Shown one piece after another: positions 52,801-64,000 of a DNA stretch of 64,000 bases. Source of the stretch: Bugula neritina (taxonomy: Eukaryota; Animalia; Bryozoa); the NCBI GenBank assembly GCA_964035545.1, contig OZ037767.1, positions 28,040,628 to 28,104,627 of the forward strand, written 5' to 3'. The position numbers were made by a program, and so were the translations under genes. Within the stretch, counting starts at the first letter, position 1. Every line of letters begins with the position of its first letter. The notes below the pieces were generated by a model. It saw nothing but the letters and a program-made list of their open reading frames with translations, made no database searches and had not been told where the DNA came from.

Positions 52801-53240
52801 TGTTCAAAAAATATTCAAAATGTGAAAATTTATTTCTAATGCTTTGAATATTAAAGTTAAGAAGAGAGAAAGTTGAATTATTTACTTCTAGTTTGTTAAA
52901 AGAAAAGATGTCGTATGCTGTGCAGTTAATTTCATGCATTTTGCAAAAGATAACTTAGCAGTTTAAGTTAAATACAAAAGTGAGGTACACTAAACACATT
53001 TCAGGTTCTCGAGATCATTTACATCATTTATTTGGATAGCCTCCGAGTCAGGTGTTCTGCGCAAGTAAATTCGTTGGGCAAATGTCCAAACATACTTATA
53101 GTTGTTTGATTTTTTGAAGTTTCTGGTTTTCCAAAAAAGGTCCCTTTGCTTACTACTGAGAACCTCGTTAATAAATATTTTGGAATCTGTTTGAAAACCT
53201 AATGACTTTTTTACTAATAGATTTTGTTTCGATCAAGACT
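49899..53240 (-). mobile_element. CR1-group (CR1/L2/Crack-like) LINE, 5'-truncated within ORF1, with (AAAC)n tail
   Basis: Intact ORF2. ORF1 C-terminal remnant at about 52990-53230 (-): KIFINEVLSSKQRDLFWKTRNFKKSNNYKYVWTFAQRIYLRRTPDSEAIQINDVNDLENL. About 170-bp 3' UTR ending AAATAAACCAAACAAACAAAC. The 5' boundary is approximate. Confidence 0.92.
50069..52939 (-). CDS. LINE ORF2: APE endonuclease plus reverse transcriptase, 956 aa
   Basis: Endonuclease motifs NFNIQSIRNK, CLTETWL, GGGVG, GDINID, LDHIL, SDHLP. RT motifs NYRPISILP, QYGFR, DFSKAFDTINH, GVPQGSVLGPTLF, YADDT. C-terminal WNELP. Confidence 0.96.
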   Translation of the reverse strand: MHEINCTAYDIFSFNKLEVNNSTFSLLNFNIQSIRNKFSHFEYFLNTFSNPFDVICLTETWLNDDEIQFFKLEGYDFVGSQRLGRGGGVGAYVRCGLGADTKAVSLSGADVLSLVLHSQASKSSHFRLTIIYRQPGASSTDAFLSDLEAYISHDSSPHIVVGDINIDTLDMNVSDTYSTTISTYAFYNAITLPTRISSSRASCLDHILLNFSCINGKSGTIESDLSDHLPTFVTFQLNCSNRTNIVSDDMYRTINYSKLVSKINSFCWLKLFDDSQNCEVNYDIFITRLKFLIESCSQTIENNRPSKKFAQKPWITEHLLTQIKKKYALHKRVKKAPLNKKILKRYNAFRNNLNADLRTAKYDYFKAFISNCNSSQLWVLINEQTGKAKLNKRCFSSKLYSVEDSETMLDSNMDIANNFNLYFSTIAQKLASNFTNSNSDTYSMLTNITKEEFHLKKTDESQIIEIIEKLDSKKAIGLDNIPTKLIKFCKISLSTPLAYLFNKSIEEKIVPAQIKTAKILPFYKKGSHDRCENYRPISILPIFSKILEKIVNNQILNFLESKNLISKNQYGFRKNLSTADAVVKFKNNTLEAFNNGNCVLGIFIDFSKAFDTINHNILLAKMRKLGFSESTVSWVANYLSNRSHSTLVNATLSSSRSVTCGVPQGSVLGPTLFLIYINDLAQQFKLFNPIFYADDTNLFFESKDLNSHLEAINQDLNSLSIWCNKNKLTINYEKCNYIVLKNYQNPFQILENCILLNKRPINYSNSITFLGVQIDKNLNWSLHISNLLTKLRPLSGLIYRCSEYLPQKILLLIYNSFINSKLNYCAEAWGNAANTHLNKIFIFQKKVMRIMNKKPFDHPSAPLFTKHKVLSIYQIYRFKVLKKAHSFFYSDNFFPTHSINTRQSFINLPLPHSQTAAGHRRNCYQEVALWNELPIPLRSISNPNEFGRKLRLYLLE

Positions 53241-54136
53241 CTGTAATCGTCTGTGCCCACAGTTCTGGGCTGGTGTATAGTGGTTGTCACAAATCCTACT
53301 TCTCAGGTTATAATTCTTTATCACAAGAACATCCATGAGTAAACACTGTTATTAAACACTCTATTTAATTATTCACACCAATGGAAATGCTAATGTCCAT
53401 AATGGAAAATAGCTCCAGTTTTAATTTTCGGTTTAAAGGAAAAGTTTTAGCTAATCTTGGACAGGAAACTGCTAAGAATTTATGTAATTTGAAAGTTCAA
53501 AGTTTAAACTTTCAAGACAGCTCAGTTGTTATGCTGTGTGATGCATCAGCTAAGAATAGCAGCAATGAAAGTCAGCCATAATTAATATTAGTTTCATAAG
53601 AATACTGAGAGCCAGCATCAGCAAGCTATCAGAATTCCCAAATTAGTTCAAAACATTTTGTTTATAAAAAGTATATGTGCTTTTTTTAAAGCATTATGAT
53701 AGCATACGCTTTAGTCATTGATATATAAAATAAAAATTATTGTTTTATGAATGATGATTTACTTGGAAAAAAAACAGTTATTTATTTTATTCTTAATTTT
53801 CAAAAAAATAATAAAACTTCGAACACCCCCTCATAATACCACAACCATACTCCACTCCTTTAGTTATAACCTAATTAAATTAGAAGTGCATCTCCAATAC
53901 AAACAAGCTAGGCCTATAGCTATTCTGATGTCTACTGCTGGCATTAGGTTGAAACTGTAGTGAAGCTCTTACTGAGCTAGTACAATGAAAGTGCACTACC
54001 TATAGTAAGCTACCAACATTATAAATTGTTGTAAGCGAGTAAAGGAAATTTGAGTATAGTATGTCGCTAACATTTTATATATATGACTTCTTTCTTTAAT
54101 AAACTAATATTTTTCTATCAATCATTTCAATAAAAT

Positions 54137-54339
<203 letters not shown>

Positions 54340-54940
54340 CAGATTTATCCAATCATGCATTTTGAAAATATTATTATGCTTACATGACTGATGGTGAATA
54401 GACTACAGAAGTTGCTGTAAGATTCGCAAAGTTCACTAGGCTCACTCTAGAAAAGGTCTTCAGCCATTGAAGTATAATATTATATAATATGATATAATAT
54501 ATAGACTATTCATCCCAGTTCAATGTCTCAGCTGTTCACATGTGCATATTTTGGTTTAAGGCTTTCACAAAGCCTTTGTTCCGCACTACTACAAGACGTG
54601 AGGTCATAACTCTAAGCTATTTCAATCAGTAGTATGATAATCCTATAGCTGACATATCAATTTTCATAATTCAACCAAATTTCGACTTTCCTTTCAGTTT
54701 CAACAGTAATAGAGCCATATACGTTTTTTTTTCAGAAATAAACTCAAATGCCAGCTTGGAATTGCATCAAATAATGTGTATGCAACCAGCTAGGTTTATA
54801 ATATTATTATAAGGAGGGTCTATTAGAAATGCAGAAAGTCGAAAAGCTACACGATAGCGTTAGGAATAGGGAGCTATGTTAAAAAAGCATGTAGGTCGAA
54901 TGAGAAATAGAGAATGCCGACGATTTGAAAGACCAATGTA

Positions 54941-54965
54941 GAATCCATTAGCAACGTAAGTTGCG
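54941..54965. promoter_or_regulatory. Possible RFX site(s) upstream of CFAP47
   Basis: GAATCCATTAGCAAC overlapping the inverted GCAAC-GTAA-GTTGC, about 180 bp upstream of the ATG of a cilia gene. Confidence 0.35.
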
Positions 54966-55133
54966 TTTAGGATCGCACTCGTTGACGATGCTCAATTTGA
55001 TCTAAAGTTGAGATTGCCGTTTGTTAAAAGTAGAATTTTTACCACCAAAACCGTGCAGCTTTTTTTGTCAATATTAATGAAACTATAATCAAATAAATTA
55101 TACTGTGCTGTTGCTAAATATGAACCTGGAACA

Positions 55134-58100
55134 ATGAAAGGGGATGTTTCCGGCGTTCGAATTAGTCCAAACCAAATAACGTTTGCTGATACTCAAGTAA
55201 ATACTATTTACAGAGTTGATATAACTGTGAAAAATGTCAGCACCGTAAGCAAAAGCATACGATACTACGCGCCTCAAACAAAGGTATTTCTCTTGCTGTA
55301 TGGTTGATTTAGTGTTAGTGTAACTCATCTCGTAAGTATTATCAGTATAACTCTGACAGACTATGAGTATAGGTGTTGTCATTTAATCACTCATAGTCAT
55401 TGTGGTACTCATTTTGATTCATAACATTTTGTCAATATTTCAATTTGACGTTCATTTTGAAGCGCTGTTTAAATTTTTAAATATTCTAATATTATTTTAT
55501 TTATTATAATAGCTACATGAAAATGCATAATTTTTTTTATTAGGGATGAAAAGTAAATCTAAAAGCAAACAACAAATTGAAATTTAAAACTATAAATTAT
55601 ATAATCACAATGATAGTTATAATTCCGATAGCAACTCACTCTTTAAATAACTTAAAGCTAATTTGAGTTAGCAGGAGCAGCTACTTTGTGCTTAAATTAA
55701 AATGTGGTGTGTTGAATATCAATTTGAGTAATGCCTTTTGTGATTTTATGTTTAGTGCCCAAATTAATTCATTTTTTCATTAGAATTTTTTGCAGTTAGC
55801 TTTTCTTTACATTTTTGTCAAGTAATTGATTGGAACTTGAGACATTTAACTCTGATCAAATTAATTAAATAATTGTAATTCAACATTTCAAACAAGTTTT
55901 TATAGGTGGATCATGTTGATTTAGTTGACTAAAACTATGATGCTTGTTCCATCAGAAAGCAGTGTTGAATTTGTAGGTATCGGGTGTGTTGACTGCTTTT
56001 ACAATGTTTAAAATCATACAGGATAAAAAATTTTGTTTTGAAATTCTATGTTCTAGTGACTGAGTGTGATCATAATTCTTTTAACTGAATATACGAAATC
56101 TTGTAGTTGAGGAGATTAGTCTGTAAAAATAATTTTTGTTTACAGAAGTTCAGGTTGAAAGTAAAAAATCCAAGTGCTCCTGTTGCTGCCGGGTTAGAGG
56201 TATCGGCAGTAGTTGAGTATGAGACAAGTGAAGCTGTAGATGCCAAAGATAGAATTGTTATAACTGTTGATGGAGATGTTTTAGAAGTACCTTTAAGAGG
56301 GTCAGTTTTTAAACAAATTGTACTGCAATGCATAATGTAGCCGAACTTATTCTGTTCTTATTGAAATAAGAGTTTCCTCACTGCATTTCATCATGGAAGC
56401 TACTTTTGAAACATAATATATAACATTAATTCTTATTGACCTTTTGTTTTGTACTTCTAGAGAGCCAGCCAAGCCTAATTTTCAGTTAGAAACTCCTGCT
56501 AATTTTGGGAATGTAGTCTTAGCTGCTAAGACTATCTATAAAGAAGTGACTTTGTACAACCATGGTGCCAAAGCTGGTGGGTCAAAAGTTTTCATGTAAA
56601 AATAAGTTGAATGTTGATAATTTTGAAATGCTATTTAATTGGATTGGTCATGGAAGTATGTTATATTGTTTGTCTGAAAAAAAATACACTAACTTTAATT
56701 CTTTAGGTAATTACAAGATAACATACGAAGGTGATGGGCCTGTCACCATTATACCAAGTTCTGGCACAGTGCCAGCTCACTCTCAACAACCAATCAGAGT
56801 AGAATATGTGACCAGAGTTCCTGGAGCTTTTCGGGAGGTAGCTCGGTGAGTAGTCAGTTGATTTCATCACTTCCTGCCATTAAAACAAGACAAGTTTCCT
56901 GTCATTGAAACACTACAGTTTCCTATGTTTCTTATACGCTGTCTAATTGTCGCAACATGCATGATGTTTAAACAGGGTGGAGCTACAAGGTCAGATGCCA
57001 ATTGAGCTGCCGATAGAGGGCTGCGTTGTCGAGAGAACTCTAGAGTTACTGGATCAAGATCAGAAAAAAATTGAATGTCTGAGATTTGGTGCCACATACT
57101 ACGGGACTGACAGGACAGAGTGGGCGTGAGTGTTTCTATACTGCAGCTAATTTAACGCTTCAATGATTTACTTACACCTTTATAACTTTGACAGACATTT
57201 TAAAACTTTTGTATTATAGTGAGTCAACAGCGTAATGAAGCTTAAAGGCTATAATCATTGGCTAGCCTGTGATCCATACCTGTGAATGGTTTTTCTGTTT
57301 ATAGCTACTTGTACAACAACTCCCCGGAGCCCGTGAACTTTGTCTGTGTTCTTGATGAAAATGCGGTAGGGCAGGAGTTGGGCGTCGACCTAACCATGAG
57401 CACAGCCGCCACACTGGCTCAGAAAATGCAGCCTAAGAACCCAGGCCAGTTGAATGTGATGAACTCACTAGTGAGTGTGGTACCTAACCAGGGCGTGCTA
57501 AGCCCGTATGACCGCATGATGGTTTGCTTCAGATTCTCCCCAAGGTGTGTATCTCTAAATAAGTGTTCAATAATAAGTCTTGGTACAAATTTTCATATCT
57601 TGATATAAGTGGTTTAATATATTTACAATCTCTAAATATTGTGTTGCAATTTGTTTAATTAGCATTTGCAAACGTCTTTTTCTGCATTTTGTGTTGATAT
57701 GATTGGTTTGTACTGTGTTGTGGACATAGAAGATAGCTGTAGCAGTAAATGTAGGCTGTAGAATTTTATTCTATAACGTAGTACGTTGTATGCGTTGTAC
57801 ATCTTTTTGCTTTCTAAATTATCTAACTCTTCTCATACTATGACACAACTTTTTTCAAGATGGACTCCCAGCAAACAGGGATTTGCTTGTTCGGTAAAGG
57901 CGCCTCCTCGGCAAGATTTTGCAATTTTTATGAGATTTTTGGTGGTTGGAGCCAAGGAGACTCTGGCTGAAACAGAAGATGCCAGAAAAGAACAGCACGA
58001 CCAATCATTGGGAGGTAAAACAAAAGAATTAATTTTTGCTAAATAGTTAAATATGTTAGACAATGCCTAGTGTGTTATATTGTTACATAACACATAGTAC

Positions 58101-60981
58101 AGTAAAACATCATTATATCATTTCCTACAGTGTAGTGTTGCATTGTATCATGATATACTATATTATACTACTCAGGACAAAATTAGATTATATGATGTTA
58201 TGCTATATGATGTTATGCTATACTGTTGCATACTATACTGTGGCATGCTATACTGTGGCATGCTATACTGTTGCATGCTATACTGTGGCATGCTATACTG
58301 TAGCATGCTATACTGTTGCATGCTATACTGTGGCATGCTATACTGTTGCATGCTATACTGTGGCATGCTATACTGTTGCATGCTATACTGTGGCATGCTA
58401 TACTGTAGCATGCTATACTGTTGCATGCTATACTGTGGCATGCTATACTGTTGCATGCTATACTGTTGCATGCTATACTGTGGCATGCTATACTGTGGCA
58501 TGCTATACAATGTTATACTATGCTATACAATGTTATACTATGCTATACAATGTTATACTATGCTATACAATGTTATACTATGCTATACACATCCCCCTTC
58601 ATATCTTAATATACTAGTACATACTTTGTGTATTATAAACACATAATCTGTAAAGATTATTTGACTTGTTTCAGCTTCAAAAGTTATTTCCGAAGGTTGG
58701 TTAACATTGCTGCCCTCTCATCATATCATTGCTGTTTAAACATCGCCACATGTAGCTGCTGCAGCACCTGCACTCTGCATGTAAATTATAATAAGCAAGC
58801 AAATTAACCTGCAGTATACAGTTACTAGACTGCTAAGAGACACTTGCACATGTGCATGTGATGTTAGAGAGGGCCTGAGAGTGCCTATTTGATCTCTTTC
58901 TATGCTGTGCACTGCACTGTTTAGTGTAAAACCAATAAACATTAGTGTAGAACTCAGTATGAGTTACACTTAACTTAGTATTTATTACTCATTCACTGTA
59001 GATGTCGACAGCAAAGTTATGGGTGAGATGTATTTCTTATATATACACACGTGTGCTCTTGTTTAGCTCCAGTGCAAAATTATCCATACTCATGTGTGTT
59101 TAAAGTTCCATCCCTGTGAGAACCCCTGATGGTAGGTAACTTGGTAGATGCTGTGGCATTGAAGTATCCACGTTCAGGAACTTTTGCTGGCACCACCAAC
59201 CGGGCTTTGAACCCCAAAACCTACTGTGCACCAGCCACTAGACTACAGCTGCACTCTAGTTTGTGACTATTTACGTAGGAATCAAATCAAAGTTTTGTAA
59301 ACCTAAGGCACCTTATCCATCATCACAAAAATATATGGATTTCTTCCTCAGTGTGTCTTACCTTTAATCTTTTGTGATGTCTGCATTTAAAATTATTTCA
59401 ATATTTCATCACCTTTCCTCTCTTCAAATTCACTATTATACAGATGTTGATCTTTCTGCTCACGAACTATGTTCATTATTTTTCTAAAATAGTGCCCATT
59501 TTATCACATAATCTATTTTTTGTCAACTTTGCGTTTTCTTTCAACTAATGAAATTGTTTTTTTCTTCACGTTTATGCAAGATGCCATCTGCTCGCATTAT
59601 GAAAAGCCTCCAATTAGGCCAGTTCTCATTTTGATGTTCCTCTGAAATATACATACATCTTTCACCTTTGTCACTATGGCTGCACTAGTCAATTGTTTCA
59701 CTGCAATATGGAATGAATCACTAATATGGCAATTGTTGTAGAATTTAGATCTTAAAGCACATGGTAAAAGAATTTATTGAATTTGTTTTTATTTTAAAAC
59801 TAATCTTGAAAGAACATCTCAAGATAGCACAGCAAGTTTGGTTAAAATTTTGGCTTTTCAACAAACTTTGAGATTCGTCTTTTTACTTTTGATAGCTAGC
59901 TGATGTTTGCTGATTACATCATGTCTTGTGGCATTTTTGTTGCGTTGCATTTTTCTCTACTTTCTAAGCCTCACTTGAAATTAGATCATAATATATCATA
60001 TATCATAACTTTATTCTCTCGTTTCTCATTCTAAATTCAAAATTTTTTATATATGTGAAATCTGGTGGAATTTTGCATAATTTACTAAAACCTTAGTGCT
60101 TTAAGGTGAAATCTTATTAGACAGATATCAATTTTAATACCTGTTATTTGCTGGTTTCAGATGTTCATGCTGAAGTAGCGATAGTCGCTACTGCTCTCCC
60201 GGTGTTACTTACGGTCAATCCTATTGGTGAATTCAACTTTGGCTCATGCCCCCTGAACGAGAGGGTGGACACGCTGTGTACCATTTCTAACAACTGTTCC
60301 ATACTTCCTGTGAATTATCAGTTCCGGCGAATAGCTCACTTCCGCACTCAGCCCTCTTCTGGTAAAATCAACCCCGGCAAGTCTGAAAGTGTCATATTTT
60401 CCTTTCAGCCGAATCAAATTGGTAAGTGTTCAACTTTATGGGAGTTGTATTGCTATGAGAGTGATAGTAATCAGCTGTTAACAGCAATTGATAAATCTGT
60501 TAAGTAAGACAAGTGCCGGTGTAGTATTCCTCTGCAATATTTTACTCATCTAGTTATTAGAATTCCTGACTTTTGTTCAATAATTGTACTTCAAGTTTGG
60601 ATTTTAAGTCTGCCAGTGGTGCTGTAAAATAATTTAACAAACTTTTGAAAATTAGATGTTGAAATGTTCTCCAGTAATTCTTTTGTCAGATAGTGAAGTT
60701 TTACGTAGTTTAATATCTATTTTATGATTGGATATATTGGTTGTAGGTCAGTTCAAGGTCACACAGTTTATCGACGTGTTGGGAGAGGTTGCTGACTACT
60801 CGAACCCTTTCCTAGCCTACCTGGAAGTCATCAACTCCACCCCCGTCTTCTTCGCAGCTAAATGTGACTCCGAGAGTAAAAGTGCTAAGCCCAGGCTAAA
60901 CTTAGGTTCGTTGCATTCTGTCTATATGTTGGACAAACTTTATACATACTACTACTACTAGTACTATTACTACTACTACTA

Positions 60982-61012
<31 letters not shown>

Positions 61013-61026
61013 CACTACTACTACTA

Positions 61027-61066
<40 letters not shown>

Positions 61067-63881
61067 CACTACTACTACTACTACTGCCACAGCCATTGCC
61101 ACTACTACTACCTATTAATAGTGTGTGTAAATATAGTATACATAAATGTGTTAATATATTATGTCAGCTGATCCCCTTGATTTCAGGTATAACCCCGAAG
61201 ATTACTAATGAAGTAGGGCTGAGCAGCGAGCTGACCTTCAAGCAAGGTGTAGAACTCAATCCTAAAGGGGCATTGGCAGCCGCCCAAAAGACTAAGATAT
61301 CTCGAGGTATACTTTCACTAGAAGTTTTGCTTGTACTCTTTCATTCCTTAGCAATTGAACATGTAAACTTATGTGTACGATCCTTAATTTGAGTCCGATG
61401 ACATGTCATATTACAGCAAGTTGTTTTCACAAACTCTGGTGAATTAAGTCACTTGTCACTTGCTACTTACAGATACCCGCCGAGCAGTATGCTGCATGTC
61501 AAATAGCATAATTTATTTGGAGTTATTTTCTCATATGTTGAGAGTCGGGAGTTTCTTTCTAATAATATAGATATATTAGTATGTATTTGTGGGTTTATTT
61601 TTGAGAACTCACCAAGAGTAAAGAAATTTCACAACACAATTACCAAAAGTGGTTAGTGTGCTGCTTCACTACAACTAAAAATAATGCAGCGCTAGAAACG
61701 TTTCAACCTGATTTTAGCGGCTTGGTTGTTTTTAGTGAAATACAGCAATATGTGATCTTGCTCAAGAAGAGTTTGGTAAATTGTTTACAGATCCATGTTA
61801 ATGGAAAGTTGTATAGAAATGTGTTTGTGAAAAGTATTCTGTGGACAGTTATGTAAACTACTATGTAGTATGTATACTATTAAACTACTATGTATACTAT
61901 TAAACTACTATGTATACTATTAAACTATTATATATACTATTGAACTACTATGTATACTATTAAACTACTATATATACTATTAAACTACTATGTATACTAT
62001 CAAACTACTATGTATACTATTAAGCTACTATGTATACTATTAAACTACAGGGTCATTGGTTCTGTAATAATTGTTTGAATTTTAGGTCACAAATCGGCTC
62101 CTGCTGACCAAAGAGGAAAAAGTGGGGATGGTGACAATGACTCGTTGATAGCATTTCCTAATGACCGATATGCAAGTGTGAGGCCAACTGAGCGAGGCAA
62201 GAGGTTTAGGTAAGCTATTTCTTCTCTACCAACAAGTTTGTGACTTCCTCCTGTATTCTTATTTGTGTTACAGTTTGCTACTAGAAAATATCTACCTCAA
62301 GATGTTTGTTATATTTAGTCTAAAATGAAGGAAAATATATATAAATGAGCAAAAGAATTGTTGGCCAGAGTCTATGACACAATAGAGAAGAGCACAAGCC
62401 ATGAATGGTTGACAGTTGTTAGCAACTATCATTAAATAAGTTTAATTTCAATGGACCAAAAGTCATATTTTAATTTATCCGTTTAAATTCTCTATTTAGA
62501 TTTGTCAATAATTAGCTTCTCAGTTTGAGTTTAAACCCATTCTCCCGCTTCACAGCACAAACTGAACTGGACAGTTTATTCAGTATAGTATATACAGTAT
62601 ACAAGTCAATATTTTGTTGAAATGACACAAAACATTTTGCTGGTGTTAATATAACCTAGTAACTAATTGGTATCAAAATCTAAAAGTATGTTATGCTTTT
62701 AATAGATGTTGAACAGTATTTCCTCTGAAACTGTGTTATTCATTGCTGTTTATATTTCTCTTGTAGAACTATATTCACCCGAGCTAACAGACACAACTAC
62801 AGTGACCCGGACTACTCGTACACTGATGAGGAAATGGCGGCCATTGAAGCTCACAGGAAACACTATCAGTCATTTATTGACAATCTGAGAGAGGAGCGCA
62901 GAGAGAAAGTTCGAGTCAAAGAGCACAAAGAATACGGCGATGATCTGAATATTGGTGTCAAGGTATGGCTTAGTGCTGTAAATATATTCCCTAAAATAAC
63001 ATTTGTCAAGGGCTGATAACTCAGGCTAGTATAATTTTCATGTATTTTTGGTAAACTTTTCATAAGCTCAAGTCGAAATTGTTAGTCAAAAATAATCATT
63101 ACTTAGCTTTTTTTCTGCAATATAAATTAATTAGTAAAGTTAAGTCCACGTCTTAGTTTATAAATTATATACATATTTTGTCTTTCTTTATAAATGTAAA
63201 TATAATTTTCTTTACAATTTATATTTTAAAGGGTTGAGTGTTGTTTAGTGGTGGTAATGTAGATAAACTACTCTTTTCTTCCAGCTCTACCACACTATAA
63301 CACAGATAAGCATGTTTTAAAATGAATAAACATTGTCAAACATGTATGGTGTGGTCTAGCATGTGTAAGCATGTTTTAACATAGATAAGCATGTTCTAAT
63401 GTAGAAAAGTATTAGTGTTAAATATTATAACAGGTTGCAGCTGGCTTGAAGCCCAAGAAACTTACCATCGCTGATATTAAGGATGACCCCAGGCCCCCCA
63501 CCCCACCAAACTCTAACTGGAAGCTCACCTCGAGCAAAGAGCTTGAAGCCTTAGAGAAACAAACAATTGACAAGCCTGTTTGCGATGGGCTCAAAGCAAT
63601 CCCCCAAACTGATCAAGAGAAGAAAGAGTGCTCAGCCTATCTCACTCCATCAGATTTACATAAGATAGTTATTGGTAATGATAGCTCACTAGTGTGAATA
63701 TTCGAATTGCATTTTCTTGGAAAATTTATATTGAGTTTTTTAGAATAATTTTATTTTTATGTATTCGTGTTCCACAGGTCCTGCTTTCATCAACTTTGGA
63801 GATGTTTGCATGAGGTCTACAAATACTAACCACATTAACATCGTCAATAATCTGGAGTCATTTATCTACGTCCAAGTTGGG
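55134..63881 (+). CDS. CFAP47: Cilia- and flagella-associated protein 47, 5' portion; the gene presumably continues past the window
   Basis: Exons 55134-55283, 56146-56300, 56461-56576, 56707-56845, 56976-57125, 57305-57544, 57860-58014, 60161-60421, 60747-60905, 61187-61306, 62086-62209, 62767-62962, 63434-63674, 63778-63881. ASH/Hydin-like repeats; motifs LYNNSPEPVNFV, AVGQELG, IAFPNDR. Confidence 0.92.
58190..58590. repeat. 15-bp (GCATGCTATACTGTN) minisatellite followed by a 20-bp minisatellite in a CFAP47 intron
   Basis: 18 consecutive 15-bp units carry GCATG (58243-58502), followed by ATGCTATACAATGTTATACT units. Confidence 0.95.
59096..59256 (-). mobile_element. Degraded tRNA-derived SINE-like element
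   Basis: Minus-strand A box TAGTCTAGTGG (59235-59245) and B box GGTTCAAAGCC (59203-59213); box spacing is short and no cloverleaf is evident. Confidence 0.4.
60946..61112. repeat. (ACT)n microsatellite
   Basis: Direct observation. Confidence 0.95.
61854..62048. repeat. 20-bp minisatellite TAAACTACTATGTATACTAT
   Basis: About 9 tandem units. Confidence 0.93.
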
Positions 63882-64000
63882 GTAAGCAGAGCTGCTAGCT
63901 TACATATAATAATTGTTTCAGTATAACATATATACTGTATAGAGTAATTGGGTTTGGCTATGTTGCTTTGATATGTTACAGATAGAGTATTGAGTGTATA

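Noticed and set aside
58063-58646. Long repetitive ORFs (YTVAC, MLYC, QYSM repeats)
   Set aside because: Translations of an intronic 15-bp minisatellite, open in several frames on both strands.
59752-60104. TTAA-AGCAC...GTGCT-TTAA, a possible Kolobok-like MITE
   Set aside because: The inverted match is too short to support without other copies.

Overview
AT-rich, intron-containing animal (invertebrate-type) genomic DNA; the taxon cannot be fixed from the sequence. Spliced models read by hand give, in order: VBP1/PFDN3 (-), CHMP2B (+), TAF7 (-), two tandem EED/esc paralogs (+), an 11-finger castor/CASZ1 (-), LRRC23 (+), a 5'-truncated CR1-group LINE with intact ORF2 (-), and the 5' part of CFAP47 (+). 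The main result is the second EED copy. Its reading frame and splice sites are intact, but the ligand-binding top face of the WD40 propeller is remodelled: cage W364 to H, M256 to K (the change in the Drosophila esc M236K dominant-negative allele), RDE236-238 to QAQ, R302 to I and N194 to H (human numbering, aligned from memory). It also appears to have about 180 extra N-terminal residues from phase-0 exons, starting at a predicted ATG-only exon within sequence homologous to the gene's 3' flank. This may be a non-canonical or decoy PRC2 subunit. Other observations: apparent gene conversion between the EED copies, a near-identical LINE tail inside EED1, two 21-nt candidate microexons beside an Rbfox-motif array in CFAP47, and degenerate (ANT)n tracts near most inferred promoters.
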